From positions 1 to 58,955 of the forward strand of contig CAZYYW010000003.1 in assembly GCA_964651445.1 (NCBI GenBank): DNA of 58,955 bases, in the 5' to 3' direction. The position numbers and the translations under genes are program-made. A model generated the notes under the pieces. That model did no database searches. It worked only from the letters and a program-made list of their open reading frames with translations, and had not been told where the DNA came from. Shown here one piece after another: positions 10,887 to 20,778 of the stretch (positions within the stretch are counted from its first letter, which is position 1; each line of letters begins with the position of its first letter). This DNA is from an uncultured Thiotrichaceae bacterium (GTDB lineage Bacteria > Pseudomonadota > Gammaproteobacteria > SZUA-229).

Positions 10887-10916
10887 GTTGGGCTTCGCGC
10901 CAGCGCACCAACCTAC
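10887..10916 (-). repeat. GTAG-type REP-like palindrome
   Basis: Minus strand GTAGGTTGGTGCGCTGGCGCGAAGCCCAAC: GTAG tetranucleotide plus imperfect GTTGG...CCAAC stem. Confidence 0.5.
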
Positions 10917-11004
10917 AGGCGGCACCTTCTTCGTGGCAACGTTATTCACGATAAAATAACTAGAAAAGCCTTAAATAGGAGTCATTGGTGCCGAACAGGC
11001 CTAT

Positions 11005-11045
11005 AAAAAATTAAACCTACGGATGACGGTTCGTAGGTTTAATTT
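11005..11045 (-). terminator. Hairpin/terminator downstream of the large secreted protein gene
   Basis: 14-bp perfect inverted repeat AAATTAAACCTACG/CGTAGGTTTAATTT with a T-run on the minus strand, 19 bp after the stop codon. Confidence 0.6.
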
Positions 11046-11063
11046 GTTTTACCGCCCTACTCA

Positions 11064-14000
11064 TTACCTTCGAAAGCGAGATAGCTGGCGCAGGTGCATT
11101 AGTAATGACAGCAGAATAAGTAACCCCCAACCTAATGCTCCGCCACCTCCACCACCACTTGCGCCATTGCCGTTATTTGTGGTGGGCGTTACCACGCCAA
11201 CTTCGACAACTATCACAAGGGCGATAGCAGTTAAGGTGTTGCCAGCTGAATCCGTCACGCTGTAACTAAAGCTATCTTCACCGATAAAGCCATTGTTGGG
11301 TGTGTAGATAAAACCATTTCCCTGTACTACAACACTGCCATTCGCGGCTTGTGCGATGACGGTAAAGCTGAAACTATCACCGATGTCTGGATCGTTTATT
11401 TCTGGCGTTAGTAATATCGAAGCCTGATTAACGGTAACATTGACCTGTAAACTTGCTGTCAGTGGCGCGCGATTAACAGCATTAACTTGGACATTCGCCA
11501 CGGCAGCAAAGGGCAGGCTAACACCACGAGCATTGGTCACCTGAAACTCAAAGCTGTCAGCGCCAACAAAATTCTGACTGGGCTGATAAAACAGCAAGCC
11601 AGCTAAGCTACTGGCAGTGCCTTGCGCGGGCTGACTGACAATACTAATATTGAAACCGGGATCGCCATCAAAGGTGACTAAAGGTGCTACACCGTCACTT
11701 TTCTGTCCCTGTTGCGTATCGATGAGTGCCAAGGCGGATAATGGCCCGGGAATGGCGCTGAAAACGGCGGTAGCCGTGCGGTTATCGGTAAGCCACAATT
11801 GACTGCCAACCTCGTTACCTTCTGCATCACCTTGCCATTGTGTTAATTCAAAACCATCATCGGCTATGGCTGTCAGGGAAACTTGCTCTTCATTGTTATA
11901 ACGGTAAACCCCCGGCGAAATTTCTATGCCGGGTGGCGACGTACTTACGCTGCCATTGCCTAAAATAGTGATAGTCAAATCTGTTGTTTGTGCTGGGTCA
12001 ATACGGCGGCGCAGTAAATGCAGTGCGTCAGCTCCGTACGGCGGCGCATAACTTTGCTGACTAACCCAGAACGCATAACGGCCATCAGCAGACAAAGCAC
12101 CGGTGCGCACAGCTGCACTGCTCAGCAAGGTATCGCTGATCCAGTTAGGCACAGCCACGCCAACAGGAAAGACATTACTGCTGCGTGCAACAAATAAGTC
12201 TTCTACCGTATTGGTATCATTATTCACAATATTGGTGTGCGATGAAACCCAGGCAACTTTACTCACATTACTTCCTGCTAGGCGATCTTGCCCAACAGAA
12301 ACATCCTGCAATGGAAAAGCTGCGTCCATCGCTGACGCTAAACCCTGAAAGCTACTGCTTGCCAGCGATAAGGAACGCGAAAAGAAACTGCCACCGGCAA
12401 CTTCACCTTGTGACAGGTAAATATCTTGATTAATAAACTCCTGATTGGTATCGACGGGAAGTAGATTTTGAACGCTCAAAAAAGCCACATCATCAGCATA
12501 CGGAGCAATCGCAAACACGCTGCCACCACTGCCAGGGATAGTCACTTCTGAGCGGATAGAAACATCCAGATCACCACCGGCATCACTGCCGGAAAAACGG
12601 ACAAGGCGTAAATCCCCGTCACTTCGGCTGTTATACACCAGATAACGCCCATCGAGGGTGACTTTGGGATACTGGGAAGCAAGTGAAGGCATGGTTGTCG
12701 CATTAATATTACTTACCGGATGGGTAATGTAGTTATCATCAAAATAATTACCGTTGCCATCTGGATCCAGATCAACCATATACACCTGCGTGCCAGGATT
12801 AGGAAAAGCCGCTAGGTAGGTAGCATTACGTTGTGACGAGAAAAACACATAACGTCCACTGAAAGTCGTGGACACACTGAAATTTCCAGACGATGATAAA
12901 TTAGCGGGCGTTCCATCGGGTGCCTGACTAACCACGGCAATGCGTTCGCTGTGCAGGTCTTTTATATACAGATTAAAGTCTTGTGCGCCGCTAACCAGAT
13001 TGCTCGCCTCACTTTCAAATATTAAGTAACGACCCGAACCCGACAGTGCCGGATTTTTACTGTGATCGTCGGCTAGCTCACCCGCTGCATTACGACTGGC
13101 AATGGTCAAAGAGCTACCCTTCCAGATAAACACATCACGGCTACGGTTGTTGTCACTGCGTACAAAGCGGTTGCCGGTGGAAGTAAAGGCTACCACCTCA
13201 CCATTGTAGGCAGTGGCAAATTGATCGATGGCACCGTTGTTACAGGCAACCTCAGTACCACTGATATTAAAGCAGGTGTTATTGTCGATGCGCGTGCTGA
13301 TAATATCGATGTCAGCATCCTGTACCACTGGGTCGATACGTTCGATAGCCAGACTCAATTCACCGGTATTGCCGGCAAGATCCTGCATTGCAATCATCAA
13401 ACGATTTTTCCCCATAGGCAAGGTAATCGTGGCACCGTATTTTGTTGGAAAACCGGTGACACCGCCCAATGTTAGATCCTGCGACATCTGATAGCCTTCC
13501 AGCTCACCCGCAATCAATAGTACCGGCGCGGCACCACTCATGCCACTACCGGCATCGCTTACTTCTAACACTAAATCAACGCTGTCGGTGAATAGCTGAT
13601 AATCATCACTGCCGCCAATTGGCACCACTGGCGTCAGTTGCAATACACTGAGCTCAGGCGCAGCAATATCGTAATACACGGTATAGCTTTCAGTACGCGT
13701 ATTTCCAACCCGGTCTGTACCACTGACACTGAGGACTACGTCACCACCCACAATTGCAGCGGCTTCCATTTGTTGCTTGAGTTCGGTTTGTTGCAAACTA
13801 AAGCTCTCGCCAGCTGGAAATACCCAGTCTGCATTTCCAGCAACCGTGAGCTGTCCATCCGCCGCATTCGAACCATAATCCTCAATACTGAAATATAACG
13901 GCGTATTCGGGCTGACCATTACCCCTAGAGCATGATTTTGCTGTAATTCAAAATTTAGACGAGGCGCGGTATTGTCCACTTGTATGCGAATTTGCTGCAC

Positions 14001-16310
14001 AGTAGTGAACTGTGTTGGCGTGAGCGGATTGGCGGTACGGAAATACAGGGTGTGAACACCCTCATCCAATGTGCCCAGTTCAATCAATTGCCCCGCCACG
14101 TTATTGCGGGTTTGTGGATTTAACAACGCACTATCATTCCACGCATATTGCAGATTACCACTGACATCAAAACCCAGTGTTAGTGCTTTTCCTGCTGGCT
14201 GACTGATAACCCAGTTAGCCTCAGACTGTGCGGTAAGTGAAATCAGTTGCGCAATTTCCGTGCCGTTGAGGATGCGGTCAAATGCCCTGCCACGCACGGC
14301 ATTGCCGCCAATTAATTCACCACGCCCTACTTTTACCACCTGCTGACTATTTGCCGCCAGAATATCTGCCTGCACCAGTTGCGGCGCTGCACCTGCTACT
14401 ACAAAACGCGCGGAGCGAATCAGTTCACGACCGCCGCGCTCATTTACAGAGCGCCACTCCATATAAAACGGCTGATTGTGCAAAGCATTGTCGCTGATTA
14501 AATCATTAAATGACACGGTTTCACCGGGCAAAATACTTGTCCAGTTGCTGATAATGTCAGCGCCGTCATCTGACGTCAGACGGTATTCGTAGTTAACCGC
14601 TGAAATAGAAATATCCACTGTCTGCCCAAAGGGAAGCAAATCAGTAATGGGGAAATCCAATGTTCGTTGAATGCTATCGGATTCAAAATGAAAGCTGGCA
14701 CTGGCATCACGTACCAAATAATTACGATTGGCACTGCTTAACACCGCAACATCGCCGTTAACCTGCATACGTGATGAAGGTGATAGTAAGGTTTCCAACC
14801 ACACCGGCCCCATAACTGGCAAATTACGGTAAAGTAAATCAGGATGCTCATATGGGAACTCACCCAATAGATCCATGCGTGGACCAAAGTTGTCGGTGGT
14901 GGTCAGTAAAAGGGCACTGCCTACGGCAACAGCGCTATCGTCAGTCTGCGCAACGATAACGCTGTTATCTGTTATCAAGTTCGGGTCATTCGCCACCGCT
15001 GCGAGGTCACTGGGAAACAGGTGAAGACCTACACCTTGCGTGCCCAAGGTAACAAACTGCTTAACATCCGGGTTGGTGGTGTAACTGGTGAGATGCACAA
15101 CGCCACCTTCCGGTGTCAAATCATCGTGCCCCGGCTCACCCTTAAGCCCGAGCAAACCTGCAACAAAGGGGCGCGCAAATTGCATGGCTATGGCAATCGC
15201 TTCACCGGTATTGGTACCACTTAGCGCTTGAATATAGGATGGCGTAACCACTTCGTTTATTGGAATCAACAACAGAAAATCAATGGCACTGCGAGCAACA
15301 GGATTAAAGCCGGCTTCGATATCATGAAATCTCACACCCAGTGGGCGAATTAGTAAATCAATAAAGTTAATCAGTAAACCCTTGGCAGTGGTAACCGAAG
15401 TGCCAAGCATGAGCTGTACACGTTCATCCTCAAAAATAGTGCTGTCAATAGCAACCGGTTCGAAATAGATCTTGGACAAGTAAGCCATAGTTGAGCCGGC
15501 AAACGGTGGCGCGTTATAGACGACATTAGCAACAAATTCAGAATCTTGAACGGATGCTGTAAAAGCCTTGTCCAGCATAGCGCGCGTAACCAGACTGCCC
15601 ATGGAGTGAGTAACGATATTGGTTTGGCGGTAGCGCGATAATTTGCCTCCTTCACGGCGTTCACTGCGCAGCATGTCTAACAAGTCCTCAGCACGTGGAT
15701 CAACTCGACCAGCACTCTGATAAGTACTACGAATCCATAGCTGACTAGCAATGCTGGCCTTTACCAGTAGCGAGAATGGCGAGATAGCAATAGGAATCGT
15801 AATCGGTGATAGTCCTAAGCCAATATCAATTTCTGACGATTGCAGAACGTCCAATGCTGAGGGTATCGGCTGGTTCTGTGCCGTCCAAGTTCCCAGTATC
15901 CAGTTAGTCCCCGCCAGCAGTTGCTCAGAATTTTGCAAAAAAGCATAACCTTCATCGGCGGTGGAGTAGGTATTAAAACCATCATCCGCCCACCACTGAA
16001 CCGCCCAGTTTTCAATGCCATTGCGGGTAAAAAAGGCAGAAGGCGAACGATCAGGACCAATAACATAATGCCGTAAATATTTTATCGACATCGGCGCCAA
16101 CTCTTCAACCGCATACAGACTGTCACGCGCCCAGGCGGTACCGTCATCAAGATAACCGTGTACATAAATCACTGGTGCCTGTGCAGGGCCATCCGGTTCA
16201 ATGGTTAAGGCAGAAGATAACGGGCTAAAAACAAGCAGTAGAAAAAATACGAAAAAGGCTACTCCAGTCTTTGTCTTTGTCGTTAGCGATATTGATGTCC
16301 CTGTTTTCAT
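11064..16310 (-). CDS. ~1750-aa secreted multidomain protein: alpha/beta-hydrolase (lipase-like), Ig-like repeats, TolB/PD40-type beta-propeller, InlB-B-like repeat, two cadherin-like/Big_9 domains and GlyGly-CTERM anchor
   Basis: Signal peptide, VHGYLDD oxyanion motif, THSMG nucleophile elbow, DNTAP/DRVGN/DLAGN Ig motifs, SGSGRYLIFESEASNLV propeller motif, YTPNNGFIGEDSFSYSVTD, and C-terminal GGGGGGALGWGLLILLSLLMHLRQLSRFRR. Likely start ATG 16310 (SD AGGGG); the ORF track starts at 16346. Confidence 0.85.
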   Translation of the reverse strand: MKTGTSISLTTKTKTGVAFFVFFLLLVFSPLSSALTIEPDGPAQAPVIYVHGYLDDGTAWARDSLYAVEELAPMSIKYLRHYVIGPDRSPSAFFTRNGIENWAVQWWADDGFNTYSTADEGYAFLQNSEQLLAGTNWILGTWTAQNQPIPSALDVLQSSEIDIGLGLSPITIPIAISPFSLLVKASIASQLWIRSTYQSAGRVDPRAEDLLDMLRSERREGGKLSRYRQTNIVTHSMGSLVTRAMLDKAFTASVQDSEFVANVVYNAPPFAGSTMAYLSKIYFEPVAIDSTIFEDERVQLMLGTSVTTAKGLLINFIDLLIRPLGVRFHDIEAGFNPVARSAIDFLLLIPINEVVTPSYIQALSGTNTGEAIAIAMQFARPFVAGLLGLKGEPGHDDLTPEGGVVHLTSYTTNPDVKQFVTLGTQGVGLHLFPSDLAAVANDPNLITDNSVIVAQTDDSAVAVGSALLLTTTDNFGPRMDLLGEFPYEHPDLLYRNLPVMGPVWLETLLSPSSRMQVNGDVAVLSSANRNYLVRDASASFHFESDSIQRTLDFPITDLLPFGQTVDISISAVNYEYRLTSDDGADIISNWTSILPGETVSFNDLISDNALHNQPFYMEWRSVNERGGRELIRSARFVVAGAAPQLVQADILAANSQQVVKVGRGELIGGNAVRGRAFDRILNGTEIAQLISLTAQSEANWVISQPAGKALTLGFDVSGNLQYAWNDSALLNPQTRNNVAGQLIELGTLDEGVHTLYFRTANPLTPTQFTTVQQIRIQVDNTAPRLNFELQQNHALGVMVSPNTPLYFSIEDYGSNAADGQLTVAGNADWVFPAGESFSLQQTELKQQMEAAAIVGGDVVLSVSGTDRVGNTRTESYTVYYDIAAPELSVLQLTPVVPIGGSDDYQLFTDSVDLVLEVSDAGSGMSGAAPVLLIAGELEGYQMSQDLTLGGVTGFPTKYGATITLPMGKNRLMIAMQDLAGNTGELSLAIERIDPVVQDADIDIISTRIDNNTCFNISGTEVACNNGAIDQFATAYNGEVVAFTSTGNRFVRSDNNRSRDVFIWKGSSLTIASRNAAGELADDHSKNPALSGSGRYLIFESEASNLVSGAQDFNLYIKDLHSERIAVVSQAPDGTPANLSSSGNFSVSTTFSGRYVFFSSQRNATYLAAFPNPGTQVYMVDLDPDGNGNYFDDNYITHPVSNINATTMPSLASQYPKVTLDGRYLVYNSRSDGDLRLVRFSGSDAGGDLDVSIRSEVTIPGSGGSVFAIAPYADDVAFLSVQNLLPVDTNQEFINQDIYLSQGEVAGGSFFSRSLSLASSSFQGLASAMDAAFPLQDVSVGQDRLAGSNVSKVAWVSSHTNIVNNDTNTVEDLFVARSSNVFPVGVAVPNWISDTLLSSAAVRTGALSADGRYAFWVSQQSYAPPYGADALHLLRRRIDPAQTTDLTITILGNGSVSTSPPGIEISPGVYRYNNEEQVSLTAIADDGFELTQWQGDAEGNEVGSQLWLTDNRTATAVFSAIPGPLSALALIDTQQGQKSDGVAPLVTFDGDPGFNISIVSQPAQGTASSLAGLLFYQPSQNFVGADSFEFQVTNARGVSLPFAAVANVQVNAVNRAPLTASLQVNVTVNQASILLTPEINDPDIGDSFSFTVIAQAANGSVVVQGNGFIYTPNNGFIGEDSFSYSVTDSAGNTLTAIALVIVVEVGVVTPTTNNGNGASGGGGGGALGWGLLILLSLLMHLRQLSRFRR

Positions 16311-16459
16311 GTGTTTTCCCCTGTCATAATCGGCTGCTATAATCAAAAGTATGGTCTGCAGAACACCTAACTGAGCGGCTCACACATCTGTATTGAACAA
16401 AGAGTGATGGCTGAGGGCATTCTTAAGCTAATCTAATTATGTCTCGCCGATATTGAAAC

Positions 16460-16485
16460 GGCTATCCCATAAATATGGGATAGCC
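16460..16485. promoter_or_regulatory. Perfect 12-2-12 palindrome, candidate operator of the adjacent NarL/LuxR regulator
   Basis: GGCTATCCCATA-AA-TATGGGATAGCC lies between divergent genes and lacks a downstream U-tract on either strand. Confidence 0.55.
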
Positions 16486-16640
16486 AAAAAACCGCTGACG
16501 AAGTATAAAATATGATAGAGAAACGATAACTACGTTATAGGTTTGCAAGTTTACGATCAAAAAAATCAATTTCGTTTACATCAGTGCTTGGCACAAAACA
16601 GATTCACTGGCTAGAAAAATTAGGCGCAACTTTAAATCAA

Positions 16641-17348
16641 ATGAATAAACCCATACACACTAAAAAAACCGTACTGCTGGTTGAGGATGATGCCCATACC
16701 CGCCATTGGCTAACGCAATCAATCAATAGTCATACTGAACTCGAAGTGATTGCCAGCTGTGCCAATCGAGAAACTGGCTTGCTTGCATTGTCGCTGCACA
16801 AACCTGATGTTCTGGTTACGGATCTTGGTCTTCCCGATGGTTCTGGCATTGACATAATTCATAGCGCAAGAAAGAATAATACAAATATTGAAATTATGGT
16901 TATCACCGTTTTTGGTGATGAGCGTCATGTGCTGGAAGCCATTGAAGCGGGTGCCAGTAGTTATCTGCTAAAAGATGGCGATACCGATTACATCGGAAAA
17001 GCGATATTACAACTACTTGCGGGGGAATCGCCTATCAGTGCTGCCATTGCTCGACAGTTACTCAAACGCTACCATACAAAACTGCCAAATGATTCGAATC
17101 AAGCCGCTGTCGAACCAGAAGACAAATCTGAAGGCAAACCCAAAACCCAGTTAACCAACAGAGAAACAGAAGTGCTGCGCTGTATGGCAAAGGGTTATAC
17201 CTATAACGAAGCCGCTGAAATACTGGGCATGTCCAGTCATACGGTTGCCTCGCACATCAAAAAAATCTACCGCAAACTAGAGGTCAACTCTCGCAGCGAG
17301 GCGGTATATGAAGCCGTGCAACTAGGACTGGTAGACATACAGTCCTAA
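16641..17348 (+). CDS. NarL/LuxR-family response regulator
   Basis: Receiver VLVTDLGLPDGSG and LuxR HTH LTNRETEVLRCMAKGYTYNEAAEILGMSSHTVASHIKKIYRKL. Likely start ATG 16641; the ORF track starts at GTG 16584. Confidence 0.92.
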   Translation: MNKPIHTKKTVLLVEDDAHTRHWLTQSINSHTELEVIASCANRETGLLALSLHKPDVLVTDLGLPDGSGIDIIHSARKNNTNIEIMVITVFGDERHVLEAIEAGASSYLLKDGDTDYIGKAILQLLAGESPISAAIARQLLKRYHTKLPNDSNQAAVEPEDKSEGKPKTQLTNRETEVLRCMAKGYTYNEAAEILGMSSHTVASHIKKIYRKLEVNSRSEAVYEAVQLGLVDIQS

Positions 17349-19255
17349 TGGCAACGCCCATAAATACTGGAACTGTTCACGGTTGGCGTGCTTTTTACCT
17401 CAGTGGCAAAGGTTATACGCTAACTTGGTTAGCGCTTTATCTGTTAACAGCAGCGCTGGCTTCTACTATCTTTTTTTACCAGATACCACTACCACAAGAA
17501 AAGCTAACGCTGAAAAATGTGGAATATGTAGCTTCCAATGCCAAACAACCATCTGAGTTTGTTCAGCAAAACTGGCAGTCCACCACCTTACCGGATGACT
17601 GGCAAAGCAGAAACCTGATGGTACAAAACGTCTGGTATCGCGGCACTATTCATCTCAATAGCCAACAGGAACATCTGTGGGCAGTATTGATTCCAGCATT
17701 GAAAATGAATGCGGCGGTCTATCTAAATAACACTTTGCTAGGCAGTGGGGGTCGCTTTGATGACCCGGTAGCGCGTAACTGGATGACACCACTGTTATTT
17801 ACTATTCCTGCCGGACTATTACAGCAGGGAGACAACACCTTATACGTCAGGGTTAAAAGTGACCCGACAGGCACGGGCAACTTAGCCGCTATACATCTTG
17901 GTCCATATGATGGACTAGCACATGCCTATAACGTGCATTACATGTTTCGTATTAGCAGCATACAATTACTTACCACCATGTTATTCATCATGGGCGCGCT
18001 AATCGCACTGCTCTGGCTTGTCCGCCGCCAGGAAACCTATTACGGTTATTACGCATTGGCTGTCATTGTCTGGGGACTGCATAATTTTAATATCTTCATT
18101 ATTGATATTCCTGTCAGCACCCGTCTCTGGGACTGGTTAATCTATACCAGTCTTGGCTATTACACTTTTCTGGCCTTTCTTTTTATCCACCGGTTTCTGG
18201 GTATACAACATCCGTGGCTAGAGCGTGTAGTAATTGCTAGCGGCATGCTGGCTGCCTTCGCCCTGCTTTTCCCAACGGATGAAAATTTCTACCCACTCAT
18301 ATTTACCCTCTGGTACCCAGCAGTTTATGTTGTGGGCTTTTATCTTGTTGCCCGCACCTGCATTGAGGCGTGGAAACGACGCAGTATAGAGTTGCAGTTT
18401 CTGACTGCCACTGGTGGGGTTACATTGTTATACGCCCTGCATGACTTGATGGTTATTCATGGCTATCAAGACTGGCAAGATGGCTTCTTCATCCAGTATG
18501 CAGCGGCAGCATTAATGACGGTATTCAGTTTTATTCTTATGCGCCGTTTTGCCGGTTCGCTAAACGAAATTGATCATTTAAATCGCAACCTGGAAAAACG
18601 TGTAGCAGACAAAGGTCGATTACTGGAAGCCAACTACAAAAAATTGCAGCAACTGGAAAATGAGCGGGTACTGGCTGCAGAGCGTGAACGCCTAACTCGT
18701 GATATACACGATGGCATGGGAGGCAATCTGGTATCAACGCTGGCAATGATTGAATCCGGTAACACCAGCATGCCAGACGTTGCTGAAGCTTTAAAAACAG
18801 CACTCACCGACCTACGCCTGATGATTGATTCCATGGATATTGAAAGTGACGACCTCAACACTCTACTAGGCATGTTCAGAATGCGTATCGAACCCTGTCT
18901 GAAAAATAGCCGAATCAATATGCATTGGAAGGTAGACGACCTGCCGCCCATCCAAAATTTCGGACCACGCGAGGCATTGCATATTTTACGCATATTGCAG
19001 GAGGCCACGACCAACGTCATTAAACACGCACAATCAGACTATATAAGCCTGAGCACTCACCAGCATCAATCTGAAACCGGTGAACAAGCGGTGATTATAG
19101 AGCTAAGTGATAACGGCACAGGTATTCCCCAGAATCATCTAAATGGTAATGGTCTAAAGAACATGCATCGCCGTGCTGTGGAAGCTGGCGTTCAACTCAA
19201 TATTAAATCAGGCGCAGAAGGCACCAGAGTCTGTATTCTTTTAACTGCAATATAA
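17348..19255 (+). CDS. Sensor histidine kinase with 7TM-DISM-type extracellular jelly-roll, 7TM region and HisKA_3 domain
   Basis: Periplasmic WQSTTLPDDW...VWYRGTIHL...GDNTLYVRV, about 7 hydrophobic helices, ERERLTRDIHDGMGG H-box and ELSDNGTG...GNGLKNM ATPase motifs. Confidence 0.88.
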   Translation: MATPINTGTVHGWRAFYLSGKGYTLTWLALYLLTAALASTIFFYQIPLPQEKLTLKNVEYVASNAKQPSEFVQQNWQSTTLPDDWQSRNLMVQNVWYRGTIHLNSQQEHLWAVLIPALKMNAAVYLNNTLLGSGGRFDDPVARNWMTPLLFTIPAGLLQQGDNTLYVRVKSDPTGTGNLAAIHLGPYDGLAHAYNVHYMFRISSIQLLTTMLFIMGALIALLWLVRRQETYYGYYALAVIVWGLHNFNIFIIDIPVSTRLWDWLIYTSLGYYTFLAFLFIHRFLGIQHPWLERVVIASGMLAAFALLFPTDENFYPLIFTLWYPAVYVVGFYLVARTCIEAWKRRSIELQFLTATGGVTLLYALHDLMVIHGYQDWQDGFFIQYAAAALMTVFSFILMRRFAGSLNEIDHLNRNLEKRVADKGRLLEANYKKLQQLENERVLAAERERLTRDIHDGMGGNLVSTLAMIESGNTSMPDVAEALKTALTDLRLMIDSMDIESDDLNTLLGMFRMRIEPCLKNSRINMHWKVDDLPPIQNFGPREALHILRILQEATTNVIKHAQSDYISLSTHQHQSETGEQAVIIELSDNGTGIPQNHLNGNGLKNMHRRAVEAGVQLNIKSGAEGTRVCILLTAI

Positions 19256-19286
19256 AAGGACTATTGCAACACACGACTACACTAAA

Positions 19287-20738
19287 TCAGGAACTAAAAA
19301 CCGCAACACACAGTGACATCAATGCGGCTGGGTACAAACCCAAGGCAAGAATAGCCAGTCCATTGGTACTCAAGGCGATTTGCATATCACGTCCACACTC
19401 AATAGGACGGGTATCGACGGCATCATCAAAATACATGACTTTGATGATGCGCAAGTAATAGAAAATACCGATGATGGAGAAGAACACTGCGATAAGCGCC
19501 ATCCATACTAGATTCACTTCAACCACTGCGGTTAATACTGCCAGTTTTGCCCAGAAGCCTACCGTTGGTGGTACACCTGCCATCGACAGCATGACAACCA
19601 TCATAATAAAAGCAAACCATGGGCTGCGCTGGTTTAAACCGGTTAAATCGCTGATATTGTCTGCTTCGAAACCCTGACGCGCCATTAGCATAATCACGCC
19701 GAAACCTGCCAAAGACATAATGGCATAGGTAATGGTGTAGAACATGGCGGCAGAATATCCCTCGTTGGTACCCGCTAATATTCCTAGCAAGATAAAACCG
19801 ACATGCGATATGGTTGAATACGCCAACATGCGTTTCAGGTTGGTTTGCGCGATGGCGACTATATTACCTACTGCCAGCGATAAAATTGCCAGCACGATAA
19901 GCATCTGCTGCCAGTCTGCGTGCAGATCACCCAGTCCTTCCACCATCAAGCGCATAATCATGGCAAAGGCTGCCAGCTTTGGTGCGGTGCCAATCATTGC
20001 GGTTACGGCGGTAGGCGAACCTTGGTACACGTCGGGCATCCACATATGAAAAGGCACTGCGCCCAATTTGAATGCCAGCCCCACCACGATAAACACCAGC
20101 GCGAAAATCATACCGATGTTTTGCGCATTATTCTCCTGTGAAGCCAGCGCTACCGCCTCAGCGATTTCAGACAGTTGCAGACTTCCAGACAAGCCATAAA
20201 GAATAGACATGCCATACAGCAGCATACCGGAAGCTATAGCGCCCAGGATGAAGTACTTCATCGCCGCTTCGGAAGCATTGCCATCATCACGATTGAACGC
20301 CACCAGTGCATACAGGCAGAGTGATAATAGCTCCAGTCCTAGATACAACATCAACAAGTTATTGGCAGAGACCATCAACATCATGCCGGTGATGCTGAAC
20401 AAACCTAGTACATAAAACTCACCTTTAAAAAGATTGCGTTGATGCAGATATTCTCTGGAGTAAACAAAAACCCCAAAGCTAATAATAACGATGAACATTT
20501 TAAGGACATCAGCCATTGGGTCTTGTACAAACAGGTCATTAAACGCTAACACGCGAACATCGGTTTGATTTGTCAGCAGCAACACCAGAGCAACAATCAA
20601 AGATAATTGCGTTAATACATAGGTGAAATTTCGTTTACTGTCTGGCAGAAAAGCATCTACTACCAGTATCAAGCAGGCCATCGTCAGTAAAAAGATTTCA
20701 GGCAATGCGATAGCTATATTTAGTGATTCAAGTGTCAT
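19287..20738 (-). CDS. nuoN: NADH-quinone oxidoreductase subunit N
   Basis: EAAMKYFILG and FKLGAVPFHMWMPDVYQGSP motifs; operon position. Confidence 0.96.
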   Translation of the reverse strand: MTLESLNIAIALPEIFLLTMACLILVVDAFLPDSKRNFTYVLTQLSLIVALVLLLTNQTDVRVLAFNDLFVQDPMADVLKMFIVIISFGVFVYSREYLHQRNLFKGEFYVLGLFSITGMMLMVSANNLLMLYLGLELLSLCLYALVAFNRDDGNASEAAMKYFILGAIASGMLLYGMSILYGLSGSLQLSEIAEAVALASQENNAQNIGMIFALVFIVVGLAFKLGAVPFHMWMPDVYQGSPTAVTAMIGTAPKLAAFAMIMRLMVEGLGDLHADWQQMLIVLAILSLAVGNIVAIAQTNLKRMLAYSTISHVGFILLGILAGTNEGYSAAMFYTITYAIMSLAGFGVIMLMARQGFEADNISDLTGLNQRSPWFAFIMMVVMLSMAGVPPTVGFWAKLAVLTAVVEVNLVWMALIAVFFSIIGIFYYLRIIKVMYFDDAVDTRPIECGRDMQIALSTNGLAILALGLYPAALMSLCVAVFSS

Positions 20739-20778
20739 TCTTCTCTATCCAGTTTTATCTACGATGCCGGTACTATAA

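Noticed and set aside
10300-19255. tRNA-integrated genomic island carrying the large protein and two-component system
   Set aside because: The block lies on the 5' side of the tRNA, has no integrase, and no tRNA 3'-end duplicate is visible at its far end.
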